64,000 nt of DNA, taken from the IMG/VR virus record IMGVR_UViG_3300017971_000027, positions 19,797-83,796 of that record; one strand, given 5' to 3'. Below the pieces are notes generated by a model. It searched no databases. It was given only the letters and a program-made list of their open reading frames with translations, and was not told where the DNA came from. The translations under genes and the position numbers were made by a program. Shown one piece after another: positions 1 to 11,576 of the stretch; the first letter of the stretch is position 1, and the number at the start of each line of letters is the position of its first letter. This stretch comes from a virus.

Positions 1-727
1 AACGTACTGAGTTCCAAATATCCTGCTGGCTGATTATGTCTTCGCCAATAAATGAACGGTCATCACTCGAGACAGAAAAAACCACTATTGGCATCTGGCC
101 ATATTTATGTTCTGTTATTTCGATATTGGAAGGTTGCGCAAACCTGTGTTCTGGGCTTTCGATCATGAACGACACAATTTTACGGTCGTCGTATACGGTG
201 TAATGATCGATAGGCTCTTGGGTGATGCGACCTCGGAAAAGGGTCCCTTCTTCTATCTCAACTTTAAGTATCGCGCCTTGCATGACGCCGTCTTGGTCGT
301 AGACGAAAGCCCATCCTTGAGGGCCATAAATGTCAATGCCGATATTCTCGCCGTCAAATGAATGCACCTCGACCGAGAAACCTTCGAGCACACAGTTGAG
401 ATAATGCTCCATGTCGAGCGCACTGATTCCTGAGTCTCGAACCATCTTCATGAACTCACGGAGGGCGGTTTGGTCTGCATCTACTTTCGAGAGGGTATAC
501 TTCACGGGGTTGGTCATACAGAACCCGACATGAGAATCGACGATATACTTGATCCAGTTTGTTATTACCTTGTTTTTTGTCTCGCCGTCAGTTTTGCGGG
601 TACCGGCTTCCTCAAGGATAGCTTGGATGCCGTTGTAGTAGTCCACGCGCCCTTTTTGCACGTTACGACGGTCCTGCTTACTATCCCAAAGCTTGATTAC
701 CTCGTCTACAGTTAAATCGATACCCAT
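1..727 (-). CDS. Phage portal protein, SPP1 gp6-like (3' end runs off the window)
   Basis: Not in the ORF track. Manual translation from ATG at 727: MGIDLTVDEVIKLWDSKQDRRNVQKGRVDYYNGIQAILEEAGTRKTDGETKNKVITNWIKYIVDSHVGFCMTNPVKYTL. YYxGxQxIL...NKV..NWxKYIVD..VG...NPVKY is the SPP1-type portal N-terminal signature; lies downstream of the terminase. Confidence 0.85.
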   Translation of the reverse strand, partial: MGIDLTVDEVIKLWDSKQDRRNVQKGRVDYYNGIQAILEEAGTRKTDGETKNKVITNWIKYIVDSHVGFCMTNPVKYTLSKVDADQTALREFMKMVRDSGISALDMEHYLNCVLEGFSVEVHSFDGENIGIDIYGPQGWAFVYDQDGVMQGAILKVEIEEGTLFRGRITQEPIDHYTVYDDRKIVSFMIESPEHRFAQPSNIEITEHKYGQMPIVVFSVSSDDRSFIGEDIISQQDIWNSVR

Positions 728-730
728 TCG

Positions 731-910
731 TTAGCCTACCTTCTGACCTCTTTGTTTTTGCGATTCCTTGATGGCCGAACCTTGAAGGTGGGCCTTTTGT
801 TTTGCACGTTTGCGTGAAGACTCGTTGCCGGGAGTGTAGGTGTAACAGAATCCACTATCACCGTACTTGTACCCCGGTCGACCATTTTTTCTGCACCGTT
901 TGACTGGCAT
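731..910 (-). CDS. Small basic phage protein (MPVKRCRKNGRPGYKYGDSGFCYTY...)
   Basis: ATG at 910 preceded by GAGGTG; located between terminase and portal. Confidence 0.6.
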   Translation of the reverse strand: MPVKRCRKNGRPGYKYGDSGFCYTYTPGNESSRKRAKQKAHLQGSAIKESQKQRGQKVG

Positions 911-911
911 T

Positions 912-1277
912 TTAACACCTCGCAGCCGGAGACTGTCGCAATGAATTGCGATACAGTCTGCCATATTCGTCATATGGTCCGCGAAAACCATTGTTGATTT
1001 CGTTTTGGTACCGCCCCTTCATGCATAGATACACGTTTTTCATTCTCGGCGCGATTACCCATTGAGAACCGGCATCACGAGAAGCACGTTCCTCTTTTTC
1101 TATCTCACTTTCAATCCACTTGAACCGCTCTCTCCAGTTTAATGGTTTGAGCCATTTCCAGATTTCAGCGTCTGACATTTTATACGCTGGTTTGGTACCG
1201 GCGTCGATAGCTGCCTTGATCTTGCTCGTGTCGGCTTTGATTTCAACATTAATCTTCCCGACTATATATTCGCTCAA
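912..1277 (-). CDS. Hypothetical protein
   Basis: 121-aa ORF co-oriented within the packaging operon. Confidence 0.5.
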   Translation of the reverse strand: MSEYIVGKINVEIKADTSKIKAAIDAGTKPAYKMSDAEIWKWLKPLNWRERFKWIESEIEKEERASRDAGSQWVIAPRMKNVYLCMKGRYQNEINNGFRGPYDEYGRLYRNSLRQSPAARC

Positions 1278-1486
1278 GTCTTTTTTGTCGAATATGACTT
1301 CGCACGGGCCGAGATCTTTAACAGGACCCTCACATACCGCCTGCGCAACATTTTTTGTCGCGCCTTTCTTTGCCGGTGGCAGTTTGATTCTCGGTTCAGC
1401 TCCTGCTTTTTTCGAAGCCAGCCCGAGTATTGCACCTGCTCCGCCGAAATCTTCAGAAAATCTGCTCTGTTCATTCGCACCTACTC

Positions 1487-3055
1487 CTACGCGCCGATAT
1501 CAGTCCTGCTCATGAACCCCAGCCTCGGGTCCAGATCCCAGTCAGGGAAATACGTCAGTGCCAACGCATCGGCTTTGTCTGGTGAACGGCCTATCCGTTC
1601 TTTAATATCTTTCTTTTTCTCCATCTGAATCTTGCCAGACGAATTCGTCTCATACGCCATCTCGCATAATTCTTCGAGCAGTTCATCGTCCGGCGGTAAA
1701 CACAACGTCGCGCCAAATGCAGGGTCTAAAGCATCCCGTAATTTCCAATAACATGCTGCGCGAACATTTAAGAATTGTCGCTGTCCAGTCTCGTCAGAAA
1801 CGTGCCGTGCATGAGCGGAGAATTTAACTGGTATACAGTTCGTGATTCCTTGCTCTTCAATTCGCGCATAGACACCGGCACCTTCGCCGATAGCGTCAAT
1901 AAACCCTATCGCAGTCTTGTCACGGCCAAGAATGTTTTTCAGCTCCCCTGCATGTTTCATGTGGGGATTGCCAAGACCTCGACCGGGGATTTCGAATTCG
2001 GTCACAATATCCCCGTATCGGTGGCAATATACCGAAGAGTCTGACCCCATACCAGCGATGTCCGCACCGAGTCGAAGCGAACCGTTTGTTTCCTTCTCAT
2101 CATCTTCGTTCCAATTTGACCATCGTTTGAATGCCGCTTCGACCCAAGTGCGGGGAATGAGACAGTCTTCGGATTGGCGCGGAAATTGGCCAAGTACTTT
2201 GCCGAGCATAATATCTGAAGGTCGGTACCATTGGCCTTTATAACAGAAGTCGAATTCTGTGTCTGGTTTCGCGTCGATCTCTTTGATCTTCGTACACCAC
2301 GACGGCATAAGAAGACGTTCTTCAATCCACGTCTTATCGACCTGACCCGGAATATTATTCTCGCCCGTCAGCACGTTCGGCGCGTTCAGACAGTTCAGAG
2401 TGAATTTGGCGTAGAGGGGATCGAAGAATGATTTATAAAACCCGCCCGTTATCCGAACGGGGTTGCCTACGATCAATAGGCGGGAGTTACCGGTAAGAAG
2501 ACCCTCTATCGCCCTAAATGTATCGTCCGTTATGCCGGAGGCCTCGGACATGACTACCAGAACATTTTCGCTGTGGTATCCTGTCCATGCCTCGGCTGAT
2601 TTGTCAGCTGCTTTGAATCCTTCGAGATAATGGTTCGAACCTGAGATTTTGCCTTTTTCCGGCAATGTCAGACGTTGCGTCAGTAGCCGACCTTCCAACT
2701 CTATGCCAAGGCTGGCCAACTTTTCGTTGGCGTTGTTCCACATGCCTGCAATCTCGGTCATCATGATCGACTTAACCTGACGCAGAGTTGGAGCGGTCGA
2801 GACTACTTTAGAAGGAGAATTGAGGTACAAGAACGCCAGTGATATGGCAGCAGCAACGTAATCTTTACCTCGTGCGTGACCAGAACGGACAGTTGTGCGC
2901 CGATGATCTTTGCAACACTGCACAGAATCGACGATTTCCTGTTGTTCAGGATCAAGATTTACGTGGAGAACGTCTCGAATCCATTCATTCCAGTGACCAT
3001 CCTCGAAGTCGTTTTCGGGCGTTCCACGGTAGTATGTCTTAGATTTTATTTGCAT
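1487..3055 (-). CDS. terL: Terminase large subunit
   Basis: Walker A RSGHARGKD, Walker B variant VLVVMSEASG, coupling motif GNP, nuclease domain LGADIAGMGSD, C-terminal GRSPDKADALAL. Confidence 0.93.
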   Translation of the reverse strand: MQIKSKTYYRGTPENDFEDGHWNEWIRDVLHVNLDPEQQEIVDSVQCCKDHRRTTVRSGHARGKDYVAAAISLAFLYLNSPSKVVSTAPTLRQVKSIMMTEIAGMWNNANEKLASLGIELEGRLLTQRLTLPEKGKISGSNHYLEGFKAADKSAEAWTGYHSENVLVVMSEASGITDDTFRAIEGLLTGNSRLLIVGNPVRITGGFYKSFFDPLYAKFTLNCLNAPNVLTGENNIPGQVDKTWIEERLLMPSWCTKIKEIDAKPDTEFDFCYKGQWYRPSDIMLGKVLGQFPRQSEDCLIPRTWVEAAFKRWSNWNEDDEKETNGSLRLGADIAGMGSDSSVYCHRYGDIVTEFEIPGRGLGNPHMKHAGELKNILGRDKTAIGFIDAIGEGAGVYARIEEQGITNCIPVKFSAHARHVSDETGQRQFLNVRAACYWKLRDALDPAFGATLCLPPDDELLEELCEMAYETNSSGKIQMEKKKDIKERIGRSPDKADALALTYFPDWDLDPRLGFMSRTDIGA

Positions 3056-3069
3056 GTAGATTCTCTGGC

Positions 3070-3546
3070 CTACATGTCAATCAGTTTCTGCACGTCTTTT
3101 TCAGTAGCTTTAACGGGTGTCTCGTCATCGAGATCGAGCCAACCGACTGTCTTCTTCTCGGTCTTGTCGACCTTAATTGCGTGGGGTTCCTTTTTCCAGT
3201 CTTCACGTTTGCGCTGAAGCAGTTCCCACCAATATTTCGCGTCTTTGCCACCCGCCTTAACCTTTCGCAGTGCTTCGAGTTCAAACTCGGCACCGGCTTT
3301 CTCGACGTCGCCGTAGAAGTTGTAATGTTCTATTTCAGATGGCGACAGCTCGGCTACAAGACGTTCTCCAGACTGCACTGCTTCCCAAATCTTCTTGCCA
3401 CGATTCACGAAATGATTTATTCGTCTCGCATCTACACCTATAGCCTTTGCGCCAACAGAAGGAGTAACCCCTTGGCGAATATGGTCTATGATAAGCTTTC
3501 GCTGGTTAGGGCTAATTGACGTTCGCGGCTTTCGTGGCGTGGCCAT
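3070..3546 (-). CDS. Putative terminase small subunit
   Basis: 158 aa with an HTH-like N-terminus, immediately upstream of terL. Confidence 0.6.
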   Translation of the reverse strand: MATPRKPRTSISPNQRKLIIDHIRQGVTPSVGAKAIGVDARRINHFVNRGKKIWEAVQSGERLVAELSPSEIEHYNFYGDVEKAGAEFELEALRKVKAGGKDAKYWWELLQRKREDWKKEPHAIKVDKTEKKTVGWLDLDDETPVKATEKDVQKLIDM

Positions 3547-3762
3547 GTATGAATCCTTACAGTGTATGTGATGATTGTTAGATGTCTAACAGTCTGGTTA
3601 AAAAAAAGATAGTCGAGAGAACAGGTTGACGCTTGACATCTGAACCCTGTTATTTCCATTATGTGGTCGGCAAACACGCACCTGTTCCCTCACTAGATGA
3701 GGTATAGTCAACTATCGAGACTGTAAGGCGTTGGCTGGCGTGACTTTACGCAAAAAAGGTTG

Positions 3763-4113
3763 TCAACTTTTGTCAAGTTTTTGTCTCGCATCACGCAAGA
3801 CACGGGATACCCAAGCCTTATCGACCCCAACATCTGCTGCTATCTCCTGCTGGGTCTTGCCATCGAAAAGGTACATCAGGATGATCTGCTCTTTCTTCTT
3901 CAGGAAGGTGTCGCCCCAATCCATCGGCGGGATTGGAAGCTCGTTCTCTTCAAACACATCGATGACGTCGCCGGTGCGGTATAATAGTTCGCGCTGCGGG
4001 ACGTAGTCCTGACCGGCGTATTTCTCGGCCTCTGGACAGAGTTTCTCGCAGATATCGCGTTTTTCACACTTTTCACACAGATTTTTCATTACTTTATCAT
4101 ATCCTTGCTGCAT
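3763..4113 (-). CDS. Sigma-70 region-4 type HTH transcription regulator
   Basis: KEQIILMYLFDGKTQQEIAADVGVDKAWVSRVLRDARQKL; N-terminal CxxC...C cluster. Confidence 0.75.
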   Translation of the reverse strand: MQQGYDKVMKNLCEKCEKRDICEKLCPEAEKYAGQDYVPQRELLYRTGDVIDVFEENELPIPPMDWGDTFLKKKEQIILMYLFDGKTQQEIAADVGVDKAWVSRVLRDARQKLDKS

Positions 4114-6876
4114 TGCGGTTGAATCCGCTTGTTATACTCCTTGAGTTCACGTTCATATTGCATCCTTTCGGCTGGAGTGCGTAATCTGAGTGGCTTGGAA
4201 AGGTCTTTTGGCCGGTCTGGCTTTTCATTGAACCCAGCAAGCCACCCAGAGCTTATAACTACACATCTGCTCATGATATTACCCCTTCAAGCGTATTCTC
4301 AAGCACTTTTTTCGCATAATCGGCACATCGTGCGCACATTTTGGCGTATTTTGACCATTTTGTGCCTTTGTACCGTTCGATTGGGCCAATTTTGATGTCT
4401 AAAACCATCGTCTGCTCGTTGCCGGTGATTCTATTGCCACAAATGGCGCAATAATCGGAATAATGGTCAGAAAACTCCAAATCTGGCCGTCCAGTACGTG
4501 AAATTGGACTATTTTCGTCTATTTTCAGCCTTTTTTCGGGCTTTGTTCCGTTTTCGCTCATCTTTGAACTTTCTCCATGTACCATTGCGATCTACCTCGT
4601 ATGCGATTGACTCGTCGTGGTCTAAAAACTTCATCAAGGGCCGGTCAGTACGTTGATCGAGAGGTATTTTCGGGCTGTTTTTTGGCTTATTCCGGTGTTT
4701 TTTCGACATTATCAACCTCGCAACTCGATTTTTCATCAATCTTACCCTCCATTTGCTCGGCTAACTCGCCCATGACAAGGTCTGAGAGCATCTTCAGGGC
4801 CAGCGCATAGTGGACCGGTTCAGGCTCGATTTTACGTTTTTTGGCCTCTTCCATGACCTGCTCCAAAACCTCGCGATTCGCCGTGATCCCGATGCCCTGC
4901 TCGCTAATATCGAGGAAAAACTTCGAAATCGTGCAATATCCTTGGATCTGGTCGTCGGTACAGGCGTCCAGATTGTCGATTAGGTCTGTAAATTCACTCA
5001 TTTTCTATCCTTTCAGTCGCACAGCATCACGTAAAGGCCGTAAGCAACCAGCCCAACCAGCAGGACTATATACAATACTTCTTCGCTCATTCGTCAATCC
5101 TCAACTTTCGCCTGATTTGTCGTTGCTTGTTTTCCAGTTCAGATATTCTTTCCTCGAACATGGCGTCATTCGATTGCTGTTTTTCCCTTTCTTCAGGAGA
5201 TTGCAGCAATACCTCGAACTTACCACCCTCAACCATCTCCGCCATTATCGCGGACTTGGAATTACACGAGCCACACATCCACATAGAACTTCGCCTATTA
5301 TGATATGCGTATCCGTTAATTATTGACCCACAGTCGCAACATTTCTGATTCGTGGCGTAACTCATATCGCTACTCATCTACTTCTCCTGTTTCCTTACCA
5401 CCATCGCGCATTCCGTACACATCCATTCTTTCGTCGCGTGATCGTAATACGCATGTCCGTTCAGTTCAATACCACACTCGCAACATTCACGACGCACGGC
5501 GATGCTTAAACATTTCATTGGTTACATTTCTTTCGTTTTTTTATGAGCAGCTCATCAACCTCTTTCTTTGATAGATATTTTTTGCGCTGGCACTTTGACT
5601 TTTGTTTTTCTTCTTCAATCCACTCTTGAACACGCGCTCGACCTTCCTCTTTTTCTTCTGGCGTTGGCTCGCTCATACTCTCTATTCATCTCCAATCTTG
5701 TATGTCTGGAACACTCTCCATGAAGTCACTGCGAACGGCTTAAAACACTTCGCGCACATCACGTCAGGATCGTTCCACACATCGGTGTACCCCCACGAAC
5801 TTTGACCAATATTAAGTCTAGCCTCGTCGTCGCAGAACATATCATGTGGAGTGCCTTTTAGTTCTTGTGGAAGCGTTCTCTCCCCGCAATATGGACAGAC
5901 GATATATTTGCCACGAAGTCTCCAGCAGTTATTATAACTTTGTATGGCTGGACATTTATCACGAGTGGTTTCATAGCACTCGATACACAAATCATGCATC
6001 TGATATATTAAGTTGCCTTCGTCTGTGGCTTCTATTCTTGCTCCACATTTTTCACATTCGTTTCCCATATTCACATCCTCTGGCCCATACCATTCTACAG
6101 GTTCACAAGTATCATTATCACAATACGGACATTCTTGATTGTCCTCTTCATCAATAGCAACCGGATAACAACTTATATGCCATTGACCACATATTCTACA
6201 AACTACTTTTGCTACCAGCCACCCTTGACCGCCGTTAGGTATATCTTCACAGCTAAGGTCTTCCATTTCATTCAACCACATATTTTCTAGCAGACTTTTT
6301 GGCAACAGCAATCAACCTGCACATCAAGGGCCACGCCTCCTCTGGACACTCTGCGGTTTCTTCAGTGTAGTCCTTTGCTATATCCGCATCAACCTCTTCG
6401 AGAACGTCTAGCAAAACATTTTTCCAATCTATGTTTTCTACAGCTAACTCATTTCTCAATTTCGCGTTCACGGCTCTCTCCCTTTTTATCTGACCTCGCA
6501 ACCTATCTTCAATTGTTTCTTCCGACTTGTTCATACACATCGCTCTACACTCCATGTAGCACCAATAATAAACGGAATTGGATCTTCGAGAAACAAATTC
6601 ATTGTTTCCTCGTCAGACGCGCCTTCACTACAACCCCATAGCTGGTAGTTTGGTTCGACTTCGATTATAATTTTCATTCATCGTCCTCGTCCGGCATCGC
6701 GATTTGTTGGCTCGTAGACCGTAGCCAATCCTTATACGCAGCATCGTCAGAGCCGTCGGATTTGTACACGCTGAGAATCCCATCTTTAATCCCGCAGTCG
6801 TACTCGCCAGTAAACTGGTCCGAGACCACTTGGTTTGCGTTTTTGTCGAAATAGAATACTTCGATATATCTGTGCA

Positions 6877-7284
6877 TTAGTATCTCCCTGCCAGACTGAT
6901 CTGGCTTCCTGAATAACTCAGATACTCACGATGAATATCCATAGTTAGCGTGCTGTTTGTCGGTATCACGACTGCACCAATCTCGTCTCGCTTGAGTACA
7001 GGCACATTCTCGATCTTGAAATGCCACTCTTCGATTGGGAACCGACATATCTCCATCCCGTTCGTCACATCGCGAAGGATACATTCTGTATACCTGCTCG
7101 GAGCAACCGGAATCTCTCTAACCGGTACTACTTTCGGCTCAGCCAGCACGACTTTCTTCTCGTCCGCATCAACTATCTTCGCCTCGACCTGTGGCATCTT
7201 CTCGACCGGCCCGACACCTATTGTCTTGATCGTCGCACCGCCGATACCGAGCAGGCCGAGAAAGCCACGCCTATCAGTTTTCAT
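6877..7284 (-). CDS. Protein with a twin-arginine (Tat) signal-like N-terminus
   Basis: N-terminus MKTDRRGFLGLLGIGGA matches the RRxFL motif followed by a hydrophobic stretch; overlaps the end of the tatA-like gene. Confidence 0.65.
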   Translation of the reverse strand: MKTDRRGFLGLLGIGGATIKTIGVGPVEKMPQVEAKIVDADEKKVVLAEPKVVPVREIPVAPSRYTECILRDVTNGMEICRFPIEEWHFKIENVPVLKRDEIGAVVIPTNSTLTMDIHREYLSYSGSQISLAGRY

Positions 7285-7450
7285 CGTTGTCCTTTTTTTC
7301 CTTGTCGCGACCAGTCAACCCTCGCCTGAACTCGGTCATGCCTTTACCTAAATCGCCCATCACTCGCGGAAGTTTACCGGCACCAAAAAGTACCAGTACA
7401 ATAAACGCGATTATGACCATTTCCCACGGTCCTACTCCACCACCAATCAT
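7274..7450 (-). CDS. tatA: TatA/TatE family twin-arginine translocase subunit (58 aa)
   Basis: Below the ORF-track cutoff. Translation MIGGGVGPWEMVIIAFIVLVLFGAGKLPRVMGDLGKGMTEFRRGLTGRDKEKKDNDEN: TM helix, FGxxKLP hinge, amphipathic LGKGxxEF helix; AAGGAG RBS. Confidence 0.9.
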   Translation of the reverse strand: MIGGGVGPWEMVIIAFIVLVLFGAGKLPRVMGDLGKGMTEFRRGLTGRDKEKKDNDEN

Positions 7451-7497
7451 ATCTTTCTCCTTTCGTAAATTGGTTGCCGTTCAATTACCATAATACC

Positions 7498-7586
7498 ATT
7501 ATACCACAAATGAGGAACCTTTGTCAAGAGGTTTTGAGAAAGTTTGTGAAAACCTCTTGACAAGCAGTGTGGAGCTATGGTATAAT
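7498..7586. promoter_or_regulatory. Back-to-back divergent sigma70 promoters
   Basis: Minus strand TTGACA (7522-7527)-18 nt-TATAAT (7498-7503); plus strand TTGACA (7557-7562)-18 nt-TATAAT (7581-7586); both have TGG before the -10 box; gene orientation switches here. Confidence 0.9.
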
Positions 7587-8058
7587 GGAAGTGGTATGAA
7601 CAAGCGGGTAAATACAGAAAGGAGATGCGAAATGAATAATTACCCACCGGGAGTAACAGGTAGCGAGCCACAGATAGTAGGTGATGAAGAGTTTGAAGAA
7701 CTGTGTGAATGGATCTACAAGACGATGGCGATGTATGGTATCACAATTTGTGATATCAAGTGTTCGATAGCTGATTCGATAGGTGATGATGAAATGAACA
7801 TGGGGAAAGTGAGGTGGCAGGATGTATATTGAAAACCTCGACGAAAGGTACGAAGCCGTCCAACGTTTAGACGACGTCGAAAAGTTCATCTTCTACTTCA
7901 TGGGTAAGTCGGAATGGACGTGGCAGGAAGAATGGACCCACGGACAGCTGGCCCGAGAGAAGGAAGAGCTGGAAGCTGTTATAGAAGAATGGGACAAGGT
8001 AAACTCTTGACACCGGTGATCGGGTTCACCGCAAAAAAAATAAAAAAAGGAACGACGA

Positions 8059-10216
8059 ATGAAACTGACACAAGAGCAAGTCGACAACATAAACGAATTC
8101 TTCTTCTTCGACATGGAGCCAACGTTGGTAACTGGGACAAGAAGCGTCAACGAATTGGGTATAAAACCACTGTGCGACGCCTGCGGACAACGCGCCGATG
8201 TCGTAGTAACTCTTGATGATAATCCAGCATGGTTTGAAGAAGAGGAAGAAGAAGCCGAAGCCACCCAAACATTCATCTGCGGCACCTGCCTGCAAAACAT
8301 GATCGCGATGATCGAGAAAAAGCAAAAAGAGCCGTGCATATAAAACAGAAGCCGAAAGCAATTCCAAAACATCTGTGTAAATCATGCGCGATATGGATAG
8401 GTTGCAGGTGGGTCTCGACTCGAGATATGGAAACTGAACCTATTGCAACGAACCATCTGCTCTGCCAAGAATGTTATAGGAAACGGTTCCTAGTTTACGC
8501 GCACATGATGATGGACGACGGGTTCGGACGACCTACGATTAAACAGTGGCTCGACGGACAGGAACACGGAAACACCGATTGGCCGGTCGATTTCGATATG
8601 GACAGGCCGGTCGAACAGGAAAAAATGGAACAGCCGTATCAGGTCACGTTGGCCGGTGCGGAACTGGACACGCCGATAATGGAGATCGTGGACCGGTGGC
8701 GGTGTCTGGATGTATTTGTCGGGGAAGATAGTAAACGATATGAAAGGTGCAGAAAATGAACTACGCTGTACAGGCAATGCAGGAAAAACCTTCAGACAAG
8801 AATGCGGAACTTATAAACGAAGGTATTGTACAAATACTCTGTCCAGACATTGTGACTGCAACCACATACGGAAAACTGCTCTCTCTACCAATCGGGGAAG
8901 TACACAACGTCGTGGATAAAATCAGGGTCATCGAGTTCAGAATTATCATGGAACTCGAAAAAAACGAAGAAGGCATATGGCATGAGCCGACACAGATCGA
9001 CAGAATGATCGAAGAGGTAGAATAATGGAAGCCGTGACAGCTGACAAGAAAAAAATAACAACAGTATATTACGAAACCACGGTATACTCGTCGGGTGAAG
9101 CGTTCGAGATATTAGAGGCGCAGAATTTCGAGGGCGACAACGTAACAACAGAAGTCGCGAGCTATGCCTATGGACTACACTTGATTGTCTACGACGGCAA
9201 ACAGGTCGTGGGCCGGTTCCGTCGCTGGGTGGGAGTCGTGGTGACGCCGTGAAGATAGCCGACCACAAACACGCCTACTGCATCGAATGTCTCTCGCACA
9301 CCGGCCCGTTCATCGAGTTTGGCGACGAGTTTAGCACACACGAAATGTTCTGCTGGGACTGTATCAAAAAGGCCAACCGGATGCTGGGCGAGGATGCAGC
9401 TGATAAAGACGAGAAGCTGGCCCGAACCATCGAACAAGTCAAAAAGGCAGGCTGGGGCGAAGATCTTGAACAGGATATAATCGACATGCTGCTCGAAGGC
9501 AAAGAGCTTACAATGAAGTTCAGGGAGCTTGGGCGATGATTGAAATAGTAGGTGGCGGGTACGAATATGGCGAATGCGACTGCTGTAAGAAAAAAGTCGG
9601 CAAGGCTGTAAGGTATATGAAGTCGTTCAAAGCGTGGGCCACACCAATGTATTACATCTGCGAGGACTGTATCGTGGAACATATAATCAGCAGGATTCCA
9701 GCAAAGGAAGAGTCGTTCACAGGTGGGGAAGGTGGCCATATACAAGACTGGCACGGAAGGGAAGGTTGAGATGATCGAGATAGTCAAAGACGATACAATA
9801 CAGCGATGCGATAGCTGTGCAGGATGGTTCCGCTTGATGGCGGTGATAACCAAGTACGACGAACACTATCCAGACAGCCATAGGGACCGCCCACAGATAT
9901 GCGCCGACTGTCTGGCAGCTGGTAATAGGAAGATGCTGGCAGCGGAGATCGTGGCAAGACTGAAGGAGGGAAGCTGATGGAAGTCACAATGATACCGGAC
10001 GCGAACATGAAAACCTTCAAAGACGGCTCGCGATACCCGTACTGTGACAACTGCGAATCCAACGGGCCGGTGATAGTAATTGACCAAGAAACGGAAGACG
10101 ATAGCACGACCACGCTGATGCTATGCGCCCACTGCCTAAAGAAAGCGATGTACGCAGTCGAGGCCGAAGAGATGCGGGTCAGGGCGATACGGAGAAAGGC
10201 GAGGAAAGGCAGATGA
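8059..10216 (+). CDS. Cluster of small hypothetical proteins, several with CxxC...CxxC (zinc-ribbon-like)
   Basis: Tightly overlapping ORFs 8059-8343, 8334-8759, 8747-9025, 9025-9252, 9249-9539, 9536-9769, ~9771-9977, 9977-10216. Confidence 0.55.
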
Positions 10217-10482
10217 AGACCACAGTCGTCAACCGGCACAAGGAACAGTTCGACGTCTACATAGGCCGAGGCTCGAAGTGGGGCAACCCGTTCGTAATAG
10301 GCCGAGACGGTAACCGCGAACAGGTAATCGAAATATATCGTCAATGGATAAAAGGTCAACACAAGTTGCTGGCCGACCTGCACGAGCTGAAAGGCAAAAG
10401 ACTCGGGTGTTACTGTAAGCCGAAAGCGTGTCATGGAGATGTGTTAGTGGAGTTGGTGGAGGCCGGTTTTTCTGAAAAATAG
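10213..10482 (+). CDS. DUF4326 domain protein
   Basis: FDVYIGRGSKWGNPF...LHELKGKRLGCYCKPKACHGDVL. Confidence 0.85.
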   Translation: MKTTVVNRHKEQFDVYIGRGSKWGNPFVIGRDGNREQVIEIYRQWIKGQHKLLADLHELKGKRLGCYCKPKACHGDVLVELVEAGFSEK

Positions 10483-11064
10483 GAAAAAATAAAAATGGAC
10501 AAGCTCAAAAAACTCGAAGCTGCCTTGGTGTGGATTCGCAAAAACGCCGAGTGGATCAAACTATACGACCGAACAGCTCAACTATGTAAACAGTGTGGCC
10601 GTACACGCAATATCCCAGACGATGAACCGTGCGGAATCGAGATGAAACGAAAAGGACGGTACGGGTGCGACTTAAGCTGGCACACGCTCCACGGTAAAGG
10701 CGAAACATACATCGACGCAATACTCGACCTGTACAATAGGAAATGTCATAGCAAAAACAAGATCAAACTTCGCAGGCTGGTTAATGGCGAAGCTGAGGAG
10801 AAAGAATTGTGGCCGTAAGACACTGCTGTTGGAACTGCCATGAGTACTGGGTAATCCCGCCAGAAGGATGGAACGGCAAAACGGCTCTGGTCTGCTCCGA
10901 GGAATGTGCGGAGGAGTATAGAAATCGGGCGTGGGCCAAGAAAGTATACGCTGCACTGGACGGAGATGGTAGGAGCGATTTTTCTGAAAAATAGGAAAAA
11001 TTGTGTGACACCCAAACACCCAGAACTACACCCCCCTGTCAAGCATATACCCCGCCCTTTGCAC

Positions 11065-11181
11065 ATGTTCACTTTTCTGAACACGCACGTTTAATTTTCT
11101 GAACATCGGCCTTTTTTATGTTCACTTTTCTCAACATCGGCATGTTTAATTTTGTGAACGTATGTTTAATAATGTGAACGT
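11065..11181. repeat. Five 20-bp imperfect palindromes, consensus AYGTTYA-N6-TGAACRT
   Basis: Copies at 11065-11084, 11087-11106, 11118-11137, 11142-11161, 11162-11181. Confidence 0.85.
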
Positions 11182-11576
11182 CAACCTAGTTGCATTGCCC
11201 CGGATCCCGGCTCTCGATGCCCCGGAGAGAGCCCAAATAATGCCCCAAATAATGCCCCAAATCAGACCGGGAGAGAGCCGGGATCCGGGAGCCCCGGAGA
11301 GAGAGCCCCGGAGAGAGAGCCCAAATTTGCCCGGAGAGAGCCGATCCGATCCGGGGTATACCTTGCCCCAAATCCCGGATCGGATCGGATTATACCCCTA
11401 ATTTGCCCCATTACGCCCGGGATGGAATACCCCGGAGAGAGCCGGGATCCGGATCGGGATTTGCCCCGGCTCCGGGGCTCCCTCATAATGCCCCAAATTT
11501 GCCCGGAGAGCCCCAAATAATAAGAGCCCCGATCCATGTTACCGGATCGGGGCTCGATGCCCGGGATGGGGCTCTA

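Noticed and set aside
2536-2568. Terminase inactivation, because Walker B reads VVMSE instead of hhhDE
   Set aside because: The catalytic Glu and all other motifs are intact and the ORF is uninterrupted; treated as a variant
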